Of a stretch of DNA of 64,000 nucleotides, positions 25,701 to 36,994 are shown piece after piece. Under the pieces are notes generated by a model. The model was not told where the DNA came from, searched no databases, and worked only from the letters and a program-made list of their open reading frames with translations. A program made the translations under genes and the position numbers. The stretch's first letter is position 1. Every line of letters begins with the position of its first letter. The stretch comes from Callorhinchus milii (Eukaryota). The stretch lies in NCBI RefSeq assembly GCF_018977255.1, contig NW_024704743.1, positions 73,100,001 through 73,164,000 on the forward strand, given 5' to 3'.

Positions 25701-26668
25701 CTTCACCTTCAAAGTCCTCCACGGTCTTGCTCCTTCCTACCTCTGTGACCTGCTAACGCCATATCAACCTGTCTGACAGTCTGCCTGTCTGACATCGAGT
25801 CCTGGACAAGAGACGACTTTCTTCAGCTCAACGTGGGCAAAACTGAGGCCCTCCTGATTGGCTCACGTCAGCGCCTCCGCACCTCAGGCGCTGACAGCAT
25901 CAGCATCCAAGGCTGCACTCTCCACCTCTCAAAGCCAGTCAGGAACCTCGGTGTTCTGTTCGAACCTGAGCTGTCCTTTCTCCCTCATATCCGCGCCACA
26001 ACTGGCACCGCCTTCCTCCGGAATATCGCCAGACTATGGCACTGCCTCACCCCTCACGCTGCTGAAACTCTGGTCCATGCCTTTGTCACCTCAAGGCTGG
26101 ACTATGGGAACTCTCTCCTCGCCGGCCTTCCCGGCACCTCCCTCCACAAGCTCCAGGTCATTCAGAACTCTGCAGCTCGTGTACTGTCCCGCACCAGGCT
26201 TCGCGACCACATCACTCCCACCCTCGCTCGCCTCCACTGGCTCCCCATCCCCCAGAGGATCGAATTCAAGATCCTCATCCTCACCTAAAAGGCTATTCAC
26301 GGCCTTGGACTCTCCGACCTACTATCCCCCTACTTACCTGCCCGTACCCTTCGTTCCTCTGGCTCCGGTCTGCTCCACATCCCCCGCCCCAACCGCCCTA
26401 CCATCGGTGGCCGGGCTTTCAGCCTCTCAGCCCCTCAGCTCTGGAACTCCCCCAATGCCTTCGCCGCCTCCTCCCTTTCCTCCATCAAGGCCGGTCTCAA
26501 GACTTTTCTCTTCAACCGTGCCTTCAGCTCCCCTCCCTTCTCGCTCCCTCCCTTCCCTCCCCTTACCCTGACCATATCCCCTGCTCGGGTCAAAATCCCT
26601 GACTGTCCGGCACCTTAGGATGTCCTCCCGATGTGAAAGACCCATTACAAATATAATTTGATGTTGTA
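25701..26668 (+). mobile_element. L2 3' part, preceded by an out-of-order 75-bp L2 piece
   Basis: ORF 25833..26288: KTEALLIG...[10 protein letters not shown]...[13 protein letters not shown]. Terminal gatgtcctcccgatgtg. Confidence 0.92.
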
Positions 26669-28219
26669 GCTTCTTGTTCAGTAATGGTCTGAGTAAAATA
26701 ACCTATTTATATTTCACAATCTGCTAAATTTTTGAATTGGTGCAAAGGAATGTGTAGGGATAGAGAAAATCGTGGTCTATTTGGTCAGTTGTCAAGTTTG
26801 AAAAATACCTAACAATTCCATTTCTTATACCTCTCAAAAATGTATCAGTTTCCTCTTTAATTTGTCGACACAATCCGCATCCTGTCCAATTCATTAAATT
26901 AACTCAAAAGCATTAGTTCACGTTCTCTTTTCTGAGTTTGACATCATGTTCCCTTGTTATAGAGCGTGTGGATATGTCAAACAAATAAATAAATCAGGAT
27001 TCAGTTTATCTAAACTCTTCAGAATTTTTGTTTGCCAAAGAAAAACACAAGCTTTGTTCTTGGGAGTCTCTTGGCTCAGAGGCCTAAAGCCCTGCTCACC
27101 CCTGGACTTTATAGTGCATCAATGTATATTTTAAAGTAGGTTGTTTAAAGTTTCACACAAAAACAGCTGAAGCTCAAGCTCCACTTGTATAACCACTGCT
27201 TTCTGTCAAGAAAAGAGACAATAAAAACTACAAAAAAGTCAGTTTCTCAAGGGAATCCTCTAAACATCACTTAGTCTTGTGAGACTTCAGCTTGGACCTG
27301 AAATCTGATTGGAGCCAAAATCTCTGTGAGATGTGTTGGGGATTACTGGACAAAAAGCTGCTTAAATAATGGGCATGTTCCTGGTGGCCACATGGCTCCG
27401 GAGCACTTTTTACAAACCAGTATGTCAAAGGTGCCTTTCCGATTAATTATATTGGGTTTAAATAACTTGTTTAATTTGCAAACAGGTGAAATTGAGATAC
27501 ACTGCCAGTGTTTTTGGAGTGTTGTTTAGTGCTTAACATAGACTGAATACTTTCACTTGACTTCCACTCAATTCCCACCAACAGCTGAGAATGATAGCTC
27601 CTTATGTAAATAAATCCCAGTCATAAACTTGTGTCCTAGAACAATGTGACATTGGGTGTTCCAGTGAGATGTGTCATCTCCATCCCCAAAGGATGATAGA
27701 AGTGGTGAAGGGTTGATGTATAGAGACATTTTATGGTGTTGAACAAGTGCTGTATCATTTTTCTTTTACGGGATGAAACTAACCTGATCCCAAACAGATA
27801 GAACCAGCACAGCTTTGGGTATTTCTGAATTAAAGTGGAATGACTTGTTAAGATGGTGCTCATCAGCCATGAAAAATGAATCTTATTGAGGCATATAAAA
27901 TGGAAATTGAATTAAGAAAATAAACTGAGAATGATATTTTCAGATGCTCTAAGGTCGCATGATCAGAGGGCACAGATTCAGAGGTATGAAGGGCAATTTC
28001 TGGACTCACCAGGAACTATTTCTTTCCATAGACAAAAGCATGGATGAATTTTGGTGGCAATTGTGTGAGGTTGGCATTGTGGCAGAGGTGGAGGACAGCA
28101 GTCCTGGTCAGGAACCAAATGTGGATAGGAACAATAACTAAGGATTAAACTCAGAGGTTCAGTGAATTTGAGAGATAGGCCAAGGAGGTTAAGAACATCG
28201 GAACTGGAGGTGAGAAGAC

Positions 28220-29210
28220 ATCTGCCTACCACCACCTCCGCAACATTGCCAGACTCCGCCACTGCCTCATCCCTCAGGCTGCCGAAACCCTTACCCACGC
28301 ATTCGTCACATCAAGGCTTGATTATGGAAATTCCCTCCTCATCGGCTTTCCGAACTCTTCCCTTCACAAACTGCAGATCATCCAAAGCTCTGCAGCTCGT
28401 ATACTCTCGCCGCACCAGACTCCGTGACCCCATTACTCCCACTCGCCCGACTCCACTGGCTCCCCATCCCCCAGAGGATCGAGTACAAGATCCTTGTCCT
28501 CACTTTCAAGGCCATCCATGGCCTTGCCCCTCCTGTCCTGTAGCTCAGTGGTTAGAGCACTCGCTTTGCAAGTGAGAGACCTGAGTTCAATTCCAGGCAG
28601 AGGGCGAAACCTTGGGCAAGTTTCCTTACTCCATACACCTAATAATAATCCCTCCAAAACCCAAAACAATAATAAATTGGTCATTTTCAATCTCCGACTG
28701 TTTGTGGGACATTGCTGTGCGCAATTGACTGCCGCGTTCGCCCACAAATATACAGTCAATTCACTTTACAGTGTGTTCTGTGAAGCGCTTTGGGACGTCC
28801 TCCCGACGTGAAAAGCGCTATATCAAATGCAAGGATTATTATTATTTTTACCTCTCTGACCTGATGACTCTCTACCAACCTGCCCACTCCCTCCGTTCAT
28901 CGGGCTCCGGGCTGCTCCATGTCTCCTGCCCGACCCGCCTTACCATCGGTGGCCGGGCTTTCAGCCTCTCTGCTCCCACGCTCTGGAACTCCATCCCATG
29001 GTCCCTTCACCTCGCTTGCTCCCGTGCCTCCATCAAGGCCGGTCTCAAGACCCTTCTCTTCAACTGTGTCTTTGCTCTCCCTCCCACCTCTCTGCCTTCC
29101 CTCACCCCTACACCACCCCTTTCCCATGCTCGGGCCCCGACACCTGACTGTTCAGAGCTTTGGGACGTCTTCCCGACGTGAAAGGTGCTCTATAAATGTA
29201 ATTTTGTTGT
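28220..29210 (+). mobile_element. L2 3' fragment with a SINE inserted at 28535-28849
   Basis: L2 ORF2 C-terminal sequence and gggacgtcttcccgacgtgaaagg...ttgttg tail. Confidence 0.9.
28535..28849 (+). mobile_element. tRNA-derived SINE, short form
   Basis: gtcctgtagctcagtggttagagc head and (TTA)n tail. Confidence 0.92.
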
Positions 29211-31111
29211 TTTTGGAGCTAGGAAGGATTACTTCCTTCTTGTCCAAGTTAAGATGCAGAAAGGTAGTGCTCATCCAGGCCTTAATGTTTGACAATCAGA
29301 CAGACAGAATATTAGTGTACCTTGGATCACGCCGAAAAGAGGAAAATTAGATTTGCTCCCATTTCTGTGGATGTTGTTGCCAAGAGGAAGCATATAGATG
29401 AGCAAAAGGATCGGGGTGAGGTTAGAGCGCAGAGGTACACTGCAGGTGTCAGTGTCAGGGCGGGAAAAGAAATCGTTGCAGATGACAAAGTAGAGGCAGT
29501 GGATTGAATAGAAATTGAACCAAGAATTAGAAATTAAACTGGAATTAAAAATTACATAGGTGTATAGAGTGATACAGCATGGACACAGACCATTCCACTC
29601 TATGCCATTGTTTATATTCCACACAAGCCCTCACCCCTCCAATTCCCCTCACCTACACCCTTATATTCCCTTCTCCCTCATGTATGCACTCTGAAGTGCA
29701 GACTCGATGGGGCATTCTCAATGTTATAACTGCTATATATCAAATGCAAGGATTTTAATTTTAGAAGGTTTTTATTGTTGTGATGCCTTCCAATTCTGAA
29801 TTAATAAAATAATATTTTAACATAAAAGCATGTATATTTTCTTGAGATTGTAGAAATAGTTACAAGTATTACAAAAATTGAGAACTACTGTATTTTCAAA
29901 TGCTATGCATTTACGTTTTGTTAAACATCAACTTCTGTAATTCATTCTCTGCCACTTCTTTCAAATGTCTTCAACATGAACTGAAATTGCTTTTTCTTGA
30001 AAGAAAAAAAATTAAGGTTTGCTTTGGTTGATTTAACTGAAAGATGAGGCTCACAACAACTTAAAATAACGTCTGATATTTTTCTTACTGTGAAAAATGC
30101 TGTTTGCTAAAGATTACCCATGTTATGTGATTTGATTCTTTCCCATTCAAGTTTGCAATTTATTACTTTTTGGTTCTTTAAGGACTGTACCTGGTCCCAC
30201 AAAGTGCAACATCAATAAATGATTCTGTGTACGGTGCTAGAATGTAAAAATGCAATAGTGTGCAATTTCACCTCTTTGACTTGTGGAATTTCTTCAGGAC
30301 TTGTGGAATAAGTTACCATGGGAATGCCACCGAAGTGAATAACATAAATCCATTCAAGAGGTTACAAATTATGTTTCTGCAAGGAGAAGAGATTGGGGGA
30401 TTTGGAAGAAATTGGGATGGTTGGAATCAATCAAAAAGGGTTGGCTTTGTTGGAATCAATTGCCTTTTCTCAACAATTCTTAAGTTAATTTAATTTCAAA
30501 GTGCATAAAATGTAGCTACTTATCTTTTCTCAGCAGAAGTTGGGTGTTCAGGGCCTTCTCTGTCAGAAAACATGATAGACACCTCATTAGTCTATGAAAC
30601 AAATATATTCAAAAGTTATTAGAATAAGTTGTTGATGTGTGGTTGACTGTGTGTTACTCTGGAAACTTTCTGAAGCATTGTTACTCCACAGTGATTGAGC
30701 AGTGAATCAAGAAACTTAAAGTTCGTTGGCAATCAATATTTGCCACCTCTGTTTCAGTTTTTGATCATTACATTGAATACTGCTATTTGTGTTTTATAAA
30801 AAATAGTTCACTTTCTGTCAGGCATCCTTCTTTAATCAAAGATATTTTGAAGTCTCTTTTACAAACAGTTCAATTATTTCAGCAAATATTGTTGAGAATA
30901 TTGATTTTGCAAGATTTCGATTTGTGATTTTTGAAAGATAAATACCTGTACTATTGATTAGCTGTATTAATTTTAGAGTGTGAATAACATCTTGAGTTAA
31001 CTTTAATAAAGGTTTGAAGGGGTAGGGTAGGGCAGTGGCATTGAAAAGACAGCTTGCTCTGTCCGAGACACGATGCAGACTGGATCGGCCACATGGTCTC
31101 CTAGTGCGCTG

Positions 31112-31429
31112 TAATAATAATAATCCTTGCATTTGATATAGCGCTTTTCACGTCGGGAGGACGTCCCAAAGCGCTTCACAGAACACACTGTAAAGTGAAT
31201 TGACTGTACATTTGTGGGCGAACGCGGCAGCCAATTGTGCACAGCAATGTTCCACAAATAGTCGTAGATTGAAAATGAACAATTTTTATTATTGTTTTTG
31301 GTTTTGGAGGGATTATTATTAGGCTCTGTGTGGAGTAAGGAAACTTGCCCATGATTTCGCCCTGCCTGGAATTGAACTCAGGTCTCTTGCTTGCAAAGCG
31401 AGTGCTCTAACCACTGAGCTACAGGTCTC
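31112..31429 (-). mobile_element. tRNA-derived SINE, short form
   Basis: Reverse complement of the same head, body and tail. Confidence 0.92.
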
Positions 31430-31434
31430 CAAGA

Positions 31435-32120
31435 TCTTCAGATGGGATTTGAACGAGGCAAGAGAGGGGGTGAGGTGGAGGGATTGCGGGATAGAGTTCC
31501 AGAGTACAGGGGCAGAGATGCTGAATGCCCAACCTCCAGTAGTGGGGCGTGAAGGGACCTGAAGCAAGCTGGTGTTCGCCGAGCAGAGGGAGCGGACAGA
31601 CTGATATGGGGTTATGCGTTCGGAGCAAGGGGGGGGAGCAAGACCGTAGAGGGCTTTGAAGGTAAGAACAAGGGTTTTGTACTTGATTCACTGAGGAAGG
31701 TGGAGCCAGTGAAGATGGGCAAGAACGAGAGTGATAGGTTCCTGGTGCCTGGTGCAGGAGAGGTCACGAGCTGCAGAGTTCGGAATAATCTGCAGTTTGT
31801 GGAGAGAGGAGTTGGGAAGTTTAGTGAGCAGGCAGTTGGTGTAATCAAGCCGGGACATAATAAAAGTGTGTAGCAGTGTCTCGGCGGCCTGTGGTGAGAG
31901 AACGTCTCGGCATGAATGTGGGGTTTGAAGGATAGCTGAGGGTTGAAAAGGACATTGAGGTTTCAGATTGGCTCGGTGAAGAGTGCAGCCATGAATGCCA
32001 GTCTTGGCAACATTGAGCTGGAGGAAGTGGGTTCTCGTCCAGGACTTGATGTCCGACAGACAATTGGCCAGGACATCAATGGTCCTGGAGTCGAGGGCAG
32101 AGGCAGCGCGATAGAGTTAC
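31435..32120 (-). mobile_element. L2 3' fragment, decayed
   Basis: ORF 31319..31567 contains IPQSLHLTPSLASFKSHLK. gtccaggacttgatgtccgacagaca matches L2. Confidence 0.85.
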
Positions 32121-32475
32121 GATGCACCATAGCGTTCGTCCCACTCATGTTTGCAAAGTATCATTGATTAGAAAAGTAAGTGGATATTGTTATACAGGTA
32201 TAAGTGATACTAATAAAAGTGTCCTACAAACCAAAGTGAAACAATAGGCATGTTCTTTGTCATCATCCTGAAAATCACTGAGTATTGATTTTCAAAATTG
32301 AATAACACTCTGCCACCAATTTCATTGACGTTTGTATATTGTGACTTTTTTTAAAAAAACTTTTGTTACCGAAAGGCCAGTCCTTTATAAAACCTACATA
32401 GCAAAGTCGAATTAGTGATGGAAGACATTTTTCCTGTAATCCCATTAGGACTTTAGTAGATATCTTTTAATCCAA

Positions 32476-32762
32476 TAATTATCCTATAATCCTTGCATTT
32501 GATATAAATGCCTTATCACATTGTAGAAGAGACTCAAAGTCCTTTACATGATTTACTATAAAGTGCAGTGGCTGGCGTGTTGGCGAATTCAGCAGCCAAT
32601 TTATACACACCAATGTCCCACGAACAGCCATGAAGTGAATGACCAATTTTACCTGGAAGATCGTTGGCCAGGAAACGGTGAGAAATGCTTTTCTTTTTTC
32701 AAATAGTGCCATTCGATCTTTAATGTCTACCTGAACAGACAGGCAGGACCTTGGTATCACAG
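32476..32762 (-). mobile_element. Deu-domain SINE fragment
   Basis: aatccttgcatttgata reverse tail and caaatagtgccat...atctttaatgtctacctgaacag reverse Deu core. Similar fragments at ~34300-34600 (+), ~36996-37142 (-) and ~46430-46615 (-). Confidence 0.75.
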
Positions 32763-35224
32763 CAGTCTTTTATACTGTATTCTCATGCCATCCCCTGACC
32801 AAGTCTTGCTTTTTCACAGACACTGCTCATGACCAGTGCATGCTTTTTCTTTTCCATTTTTAACTTATTTGCATTCTTTCTTAATCACTGTTTTCACATC
32901 CCCTTATCAAAGACCCTTGTTCATTCTACCTCTAGGAGCCATCACAACAACATTCTCCTGTCTCAAGGCTGAAAACCACGCAGGCTACAGAACAACTATG
33001 CAAAGTCTCTCTCTCTAGTACTTTTTCACAAATAACCAGCCGGCTTGAGGTCCCTGGCTGCTCGACACAAGCAGGGAGGTGGCTACAGCTGTACCTTCTA
33101 TTTTTATCAGGATGCACAATGTGTGAGCAGAAAGCACATCTAGAAAAACCCACCAGTTTACAAGACCTTCCACTTCGACTGTACTTACTGTGACCTCCCC
33201 ACTCCCCCAGCTGTGTCAGGCTTTGCCACTGTTAAGCACTCTGAGACCCTACCCTGCGTGAAGGGTGCTATATAAATGCAAGTTGTTGTTATTATCTCTG
33301 CAACAACAAATTACACATGTTTACACATAAAATCTTTCATGTGGGATGAACGTCTCAAATTGCTTAGCAGATATGACAGGGAGCACCAAGCAATGTGGAA
33401 GAGAGAAGCATTACAGACTGTGACAAAAGCATGATCAAAAAGTTATGTTTTAAGAGGGTTTGAAGGCTGGGAACGGGTAACTGTGGTGAAGAGTTTCAGG
33501 AATAACAGAGTAGGGAAATAATAAATGGCTAATCTATGTACAGTAGAAATCAGTTATAAAGCCCCTCATTATTATGCAGTTTCACTTATTTTGCAGTTGG
33601 GATGTGAACCATGATATTTACTTAATATAAAATTCCAAAGCGACTCCATCGCCATTTCAAAATACTGGTTGGCGCACAAGATGGCAAAATGACTCACTTC
33701 TGAGTCATAAGGTTGCTGCCCAAATGTTACTTCCTATCACTGCATTCTACAGCACATAAGAAATGAAGTTAGCATAGATGAGATGACCAGGAAGTCGACC
33801 ATTTTGGCTTCTCCAGCACAGTCTTCATTTTGTCTTTCTGGCCACATGCACAGTGAATGCAGAAGAGCTGGCCAGCAATTGTGCCCCATTATAGTGCTGG
33901 TTGTGATTTTAAGGACCCTCTGCAACTACTACCTTATAATAGGACTCTGATGTATCTAATTCCTCTTTCGAAAAATGAGGTTGAACAAAGGGTTGGAAGA
34001 ATCCACCTGTACTTCATTAAGAGGAATTTATAAAGTGCAGAGATTGAGACAAATTCCATTAATAACAAATTAGCCATTACAAAATTAGTTTCCAGGTGCT
34101 TTCTGGATATTTCCTGTGTGGGAGGATGGATGAAGAGATATCTAATGTAATTCTACTTATCTGCAATTGTTTGCTAAGTACTGGGTTTTATTTTAGAATA
34201 GATCCAAATGTTGAGTAATCATGGCATTAAGCACAGGGGCCTTTTTTGCAGAGGTTCCTGTTACTTGGGTTATTGTTTCTGTTATTTCCAGTCCTTTTTT
34301 AAGTGATGTAAAATCGAGGTCCTATCTGCTTCTTCAGGTCGACGTTAAAGATCTCATGATGCTATTTGAAAAAAGAAGGGTGTTTGTCCCTAGGTGTCCT
34401 AGCCCCAAATCCCCCCAAATAAAATTGGTCACTCACTCCATGGCTGTTTGTGGGATATTGCTATGTGCAACTGGCTGCCAAGGTTTTGCTCACAAAATAC
34501 ACAGTCAATCCACTTTGGAGTGCATCCTGTAAAGCACTTTGAGACATCTTGATGATATGCAGGGTGTTATATAATAAATGCAAGGATTATTAACATTATT
34601 ATAGCCCCTGAGTCCAAGGAATCAATGAGCTGTGTTGGGTTTGTTGAAGAAGTTACGTGAAATTATGCTTTCTTTGAGAATTCCATTGGTCACCCTCCAG
34701 TGTAGCCTGTGGCATGTACTGCTGACCTCTGCCAGCTGTACATCTGCCTTTTGTATAAAACTCTGTAAAGTGAAGCTGTGAACATAACAACAGGAAGTGT
34801 AGCTGAAATGTGCAAAATGCATAAAATAATTTTACAAGGACCCTTCTTTGTCCGTAAACAATAGTGGAGTAAAATAATCACTGTGAAGAAAAAAACGAGA
34901 GGACGTCTGGAAAATAAACAGCATCACGCCTGCTTAAGAGGCTGTGGCAGAAGATAACACCCACCTGCTCATTACAGATGTCTGAATTAGAGCTCTCTGA
35001 ATCCCACCAACCTAGTTATTCAGCAGCATAGAATAAATGTGTGAAAATAGCTTTGTGCAATTTAATTCTATATGGAGGAGGGAAAAAAAGCTCATAACAT
35101 ATAACAATATCCCTAATTCACCTTCCGGATGTTACTAAATACTACATCTGGTATTTCTATATGTTAGATAACCTGAAACAATGATCCTTGTTAAAGGTCT
35201 AAGTTAATTAATACTCCAGTTTTA

Positions 35225-35968
35225 GGCCTCCACACCTCACCATCCACGGATGCACACTCCACCTCACTGAGCCAGTCCAGAACCTTGGCATTTCGTTTGA
35301 CCCTCAACTGTCCTTTCTACCCCACATCCGTGCCATGACCCGCTCTGCCTTCCCCCATCTCCACAACATCTCCCCTCTCTCCCCTCAGGCCGCCAAAACC
35401 CACATCCACACATTTATCACATCAAGGCTTGACTACGCCAACTTGTCGGCCTTCCCAACTCTTCCCTCCACAGGCTGTAGATCATCCAGAGCTTTCCTGC
35501 AACAGACTCCGTGACCCTATCATCCCCATCTTCGCCTGGCTCCACTGACTCCTCCATCCCTTAGAGGATAGAGTTAAAAATCCTCGTCCTCGCCTTCAAA
35601 GCCCTCCAAGGCCTTGCTCCTTCCTACCTTTGTGACCTGCTAACCCCATATCAACCTGTCTGCTCCCTCCGCTCAGCAGGCACCGGCCTGCTCCGCGTCC
35701 CCCACCCAGCCCGCCCCACGATCATTGGTCGGCCCTTCAGCATCTCTGCCCCCACCCTTTGGAACTCCATCCCACAGTCACTTCCCTTGCTCCCTCCCTT
35801 GCCTCCTTCAAGCATGTCTCAAGACCCTCCTCTTTGATCGTGCCTTTGGTCACCCTCCTATCCCTATTCTCCCTGGTCTCCACCCCACCTGGTCCAAACC
35901 CCTGCTCAGGTCCAAACCCCTGCTCAGGTCCAAATTCCTGACTGTAATTTGTTGTTGATGTTGTTGTT
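35225..35968 (+). mobile_element. L2 3' fragment
   Basis: atccacggatgcacactccacctc...tcaaggcttgactac...ctccactg L2 sequence and ttgttg tail. Confidence 0.88.
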
Positions 35969-36393
35969 CTATATCAACCTGCCGTTAAAATTGTCCTGGA
36001 GAAGAGGACAACTTCCCTCCACATTTACTGGAGTATAAATTAACTTAGTCCTTTAACAAGGAGCATTGTTTCAGGCTATCTAACAATACATAATTCCCAG
36101 AATTGAATTAAATAGCCAAGTATATAATTAATTTGTGCACCAGATCATCAAAACATTCCTCTAAATAATATAGCATTTTGTGTGTGTTTAAAACCAACTA
36201 CACAGTCTGTGATGTTGGATTTTTAAGTAAAATTAGTGGGATTTTAATTTAATTGCCGAATTAATCATGAGGGTGCTACCAATGGTTTCAAAGTTGATTA
36301 TAGATTGCTGTAATTCTAATTCTTCAATTTGACACAGGCACCTTATCATGACAAAATACTTCTCTGGATTTTGATGTGTAATGACTTGTGTAT

Positions 36394-36994
36394 ATCACCT
36401 CAAGGCTGGACTATGGGAACTCTCTCCTCGCCGGCCTTCCCGGCACCTCCCTCTACAAGCTGCAGGTCATTCAGAACTCGGCAGCTCGTGTACTGTCCCG
36501 CACCAGGCTTCGGGACCACATCACTCCCACCCTCGCTCACCTCCACTGGCTCCCCATCCCCCAGAGGATTGATTTCAAGATCCTCATCCTCACCTACAAG
36601 GCCATTCACGGCCTTGCACCCTCCTACCTCTCTGATCTACTATCCCCCTACCTACCTGCCCGTACCCTCCATTCCTCTGGCTCCGGTCTGCTCCACATCC
36701 CCCGCCCCAAACGATCTACCATCGGTGGCCGGGACTTCAGCCTCTCAGCCCATAGGCTCTGGAACTCTATCCCCCAGTGCCTTTGCCTTGCCTCCTCCCT
36801 TTCCTCCTTCAAGGCCGGTCTCAAGACCTTTCTCTTTGACCGTGCCTTCAGCTCCCCTCTCAACTCTCTACCCCCTCCTCACTCCCTCCCGTCCCTCCCC
36901 TCACCCTGACCATTTCCCCCTTGCTCGGGTCCTGACCCAACTGTACAGCGCCTTGAGACGTCCTCCCTAAATGGAATCTTGTTGTTGTTGTTGT
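36394..36994 (+). mobile_element. L2 3' fragment
   Basis: ORF 36388..36909: [15 protein letters not shown]...LWNSIP...[10 protein letters not shown]. (TTG)n tail. Confidence 0.93.

Larger units (their letters stand above)
28050..29530 (-). mobile_element. Old minus-strand L2 (~28050-28220 plus 29211-29530) split by a younger plus-strand L2
   Basis: Both flanks align in register to minus L2 (gcagaggtgg...ggaggtgagaagaca, then ...ctcatccaggccttaatgt...catatagatgag). Confidence 0.65.
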
